The notes under the pieces are model-generated. The model saw only the letters and a list, made by a program, of their open reading frames with translations. It was not told the DNA's origin and ran no database searches. Shown here in pieces: positions 15,866 through 17,415 of a DNA stretch of 17,415 nt (position 1 is its first letter; each line of letters opens with the position of its first letter). Position numbers and translations under genes: made by a program. The stretch lies in the IMG/VR virus record IMGVR_UViG_2724679538_000009; one strand, written 5' to 3'. The stretch is from a virus. Taxonomy: Duplodnaviria; Heunggongvirae; Uroviricota; Caudoviricetes.

Positions 15866-16594
15866 ATGTTTATTGTCTCAGTTCTCAGACAAAGTAAGGA
15901 TTTCACTATTAAACATGCACAATGGCTTCACCAGCAGCTGGATGGGTATAATTCCATTTGCATGACGGATGCTTCAGAAATCAAAGGGGTTCAAACCACT
16001 CCATTACTGTATAATTGGCCAGGATGGTGGGCAAAATTAGAGCTATTTAATCCCGAACATCCTGTTCTCGGGAATAAAGATATACTTTATATTGATATTG
16101 ATACTGTAATCGTCGGTGATATTACACAGTTTACTAAAATGAAAAAAGTAACATTACTGAACGACTTCTCGCAGCATGGTTCCAATGCTGCTCCTGCGAC
16201 TGGAATAATGTTCATTCCTGCGGACGCCAAAAAACTTGTCTGGGAAGAGTTTATGAGATCGCCTGAAACTGAAATAAATTCAACCAGAAAGCCGCCATAT
16301 CATGGGGATCAGGGATTTATCGGCAGAGTATGTCATGACGCTGAAAGATGGCAGGATATTTTTCCAGGACAAATTATCAGTTACAAAGCGAATATAGCGA
16401 CGCCTAAAATGATAGGCTTTAATCCTGACTTACACGATGGTAAAGCAAACGGAGAATTGCCATCGGATGCAAAAATTGTATGTTTTCACGGTTCACCTCG
16501 TCCCTGGAACACAGCTCTCCACTGGGTTCCAGGTTTCAGCATAAAAAACACACTCTGCAGCAAATTTAAACAGCTCAAATATTCTCTTCGGTAA
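15866..16594 (+). CDS. GT-A fold glycosyltransferase, GT8-like (DXD and HxxGxxRPW motifs)
   Basis: 242 aa; AGGGAA Shine-Dalgarno upstream. DILYIDIDTVIVGD matches the GT8 DXD region (LgtC KVLYLDIDVLV as recalled) and VCFHGSPRPWN matches the GT8 C-terminal HxxGxxKPW motif. Markedly AT-rich relative to the tail genes; flanked by terminator hairpins. Confidence 0.5.
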   Translation: MFIVSVLRQSKDFTIKHAQWLHQQLDGYNSICMTDASEIKGVQTTPLLYNWPGWWAKLELFNPEHPVLGNKDILYIDIDTVIVGDITQFTKMKKVTLLNDFSQHGSNAAPATGIMFIPADAKKLVWEEFMRSPETEINSTRKPPYHGDQGFIGRVCHDAERWQDIFPGQIISYKANIATPKMIGFNPDLHDGKANGELPSDAKIVCFHGSPRPWNTALHWVPGFSIKNTLCSKFKQLKYSLR

Positions 16595-16614
16595 AAAACT
16601 TTTTTATTGGAAGG

Positions 16615-16635
16615 CGCCGGGCATCACGCCCGGCG
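16615..16635. terminator. Bidirectional terminator-like hairpin between convergent genes
   Basis: cgccgggc-atcac-gcccggcg is a perfect 8-bp stem with a 5-nt loop; A-run and T-run immediately upstream on the plus strand. The nucleotidyltransferase stop codon lies in the loop; 20 nt downstream of the glycosyltransferase stop. Confidence 0.5.
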
Positions 16636-17415
16636 TATCACTGTTTGATACAACAACCCATCCAGTTCCCTGGCATCTCCGTCCCTGCTGTCTGGTAACA
16701 CTGGTGGAATTTCCCCGTGCGCCAGTTCCGCGCGAATAAATGCATGTAACAATGGACGACGCGGACCATATTCCGCTTCTCCCGCGCGCTGTTTACGTTC
16801 CAGCAGCTCGTCTATTTCTGCGCGTAACGGCGCATCAAGTTCGGTTCCCGTCAGTAACTCAGCAAAGCGCATTGGCGGTACGCCTTTTCCCGCTTCAACC
16901 CAACGCACAGCCAGTAATGGTCGCAGCACGTAAAAGTATTTTTTCAGCCGAACTACGTCGCCCTGCAAATAACCGCGAAAGTTTTTCCGCGCCATCGAAT
17001 AATAATGCCAACGCGCACGCAGCGGAGAAAACCACTTCGGCACCATTGCCTTAAGCGGCGTTATCGTTTCTTCATCTTGTTGATAGACCACCGGAGAATC
17101 CAGCCATTCAATCAGCGTCGGATTAGCGCCTTTCAGTAATCCCAGCGCCTTGCGCCACTCCCAGCCTGAAACATCTAACTCGTCGTCAATAGGCAACTCA
17201 ATAACATCGCGCGGCGCCTCCACCCGCAGATACCATTCCAGCGGGTGAACATACAAAAATCGTACATCGTAGTCGCTGTCGGGAGAGGCAAATCCCCAAC
17301 CGCGACTCCCCGATTCGCAGGCGTACAGCACTTTCACGCCATAGCGACGTTCTATTTCTTTTAATTGCTGCGATACCCGTTCGCGCATCGCAGCACTGAC
17401 TCCATTTATTGGCAT
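16624..17415 (-). CDS. Pol-beta superfamily nucleotidyltransferase-domain protein
   Basis: 263-aa ORF whose ATG is the last three bases of the window. N-terminal ESGSRGWGFASPDSDYDV matches the GS-x(9-13)-DxD nucleotidyltransferase signature; helical C-terminal half. Higher GC than the adjacent cargo gene. Confidence 0.6.
   Translation of the reverse strand: MPINGVSAAMRERVSQQLKEIERRYGVKVLYACESGSRGWGFASPDSDYDVRFLYVHPLEWYLRVEAPRDVIELPIDDELDVSGWEWRKALGLLKGANPTLIEWLDSPVVYQQDEETITPLKAMVPKWFSPLRARWHYYSMARKNFRGYLQGDVVRLKKYFYVLRPLLAVRWVEAGKGVPPMRFAELLTGTELDAPLRAEIDELLERKQRAGEAEYGPRRPLLHAFIRAELAHGEIPPVLPDSRDGDARELDGLLYQTVIRRA

Noticed and set aside
15765-15965. 66-aa ORF in the AT-rich spacer upstream of the glycosyltransferase-like gene
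   Set aside because: Low-complexity, AT-rich, overlaps the better-supported glycosyltransferase start in another frame.
16740-17054. 104-aa plus-strand ORF
   Set aside because: Antisense to the nucleotidyltransferase ORF, which carries a clear catalytic motif.
1-17415. CRISPR arrays, tRNA/rRNA genes, integrase or attachment-site repeats
   Set aside because: No direct-repeat/spacer arrays, no tRNA-like cloverleaf candidates and no recombinase-like ORFs were seen; element boundaries cannot be defined from this window.

Overview
The window reads as enterobacterial-type DNA carrying a Mu/P2-like contractile (myovirus) tail module with its own lysis cassette and a divergently transcribed Mor-family activator, but no capsid, portal, terminase, integrase or replication genes. 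From left to right: Mor-like activator (minus strand); an AT-rich control region with a near-consensus LexA/SOS box; pinholin-like protein; SAR-type lytic transglycosylase; a bitopic coiled-coil membrane protein; two small unknown ORFs; sheath; tube; chaperone; tape measure; gpU-like; gpX-like; gpD-like hub; gpV spike; an intrinsic terminator; gp25/W-like; J-like; I-like; a P2 gpH-like tail fibre with tandem repeats and a His-box tip; and a lambda Tfa-like assembly protein. The right end carries accessory genes: a YiiX/LRAT-like permuted papain-fold protein translationally coupled to tfa, an AT-rich independently transcribed GT8-like glycosyltransferase, and a convergent Pol-beta-superfamily nucleotidyltransferase. 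The main hypothesis is an SOS-controlled R-type tailocin (or a head-less defective prophage) with a receptor-modifying or defence cargo hotspot at the fibre-distal end. All family assignments rest on motifs read by eye and recalled from memory; no database search was run.
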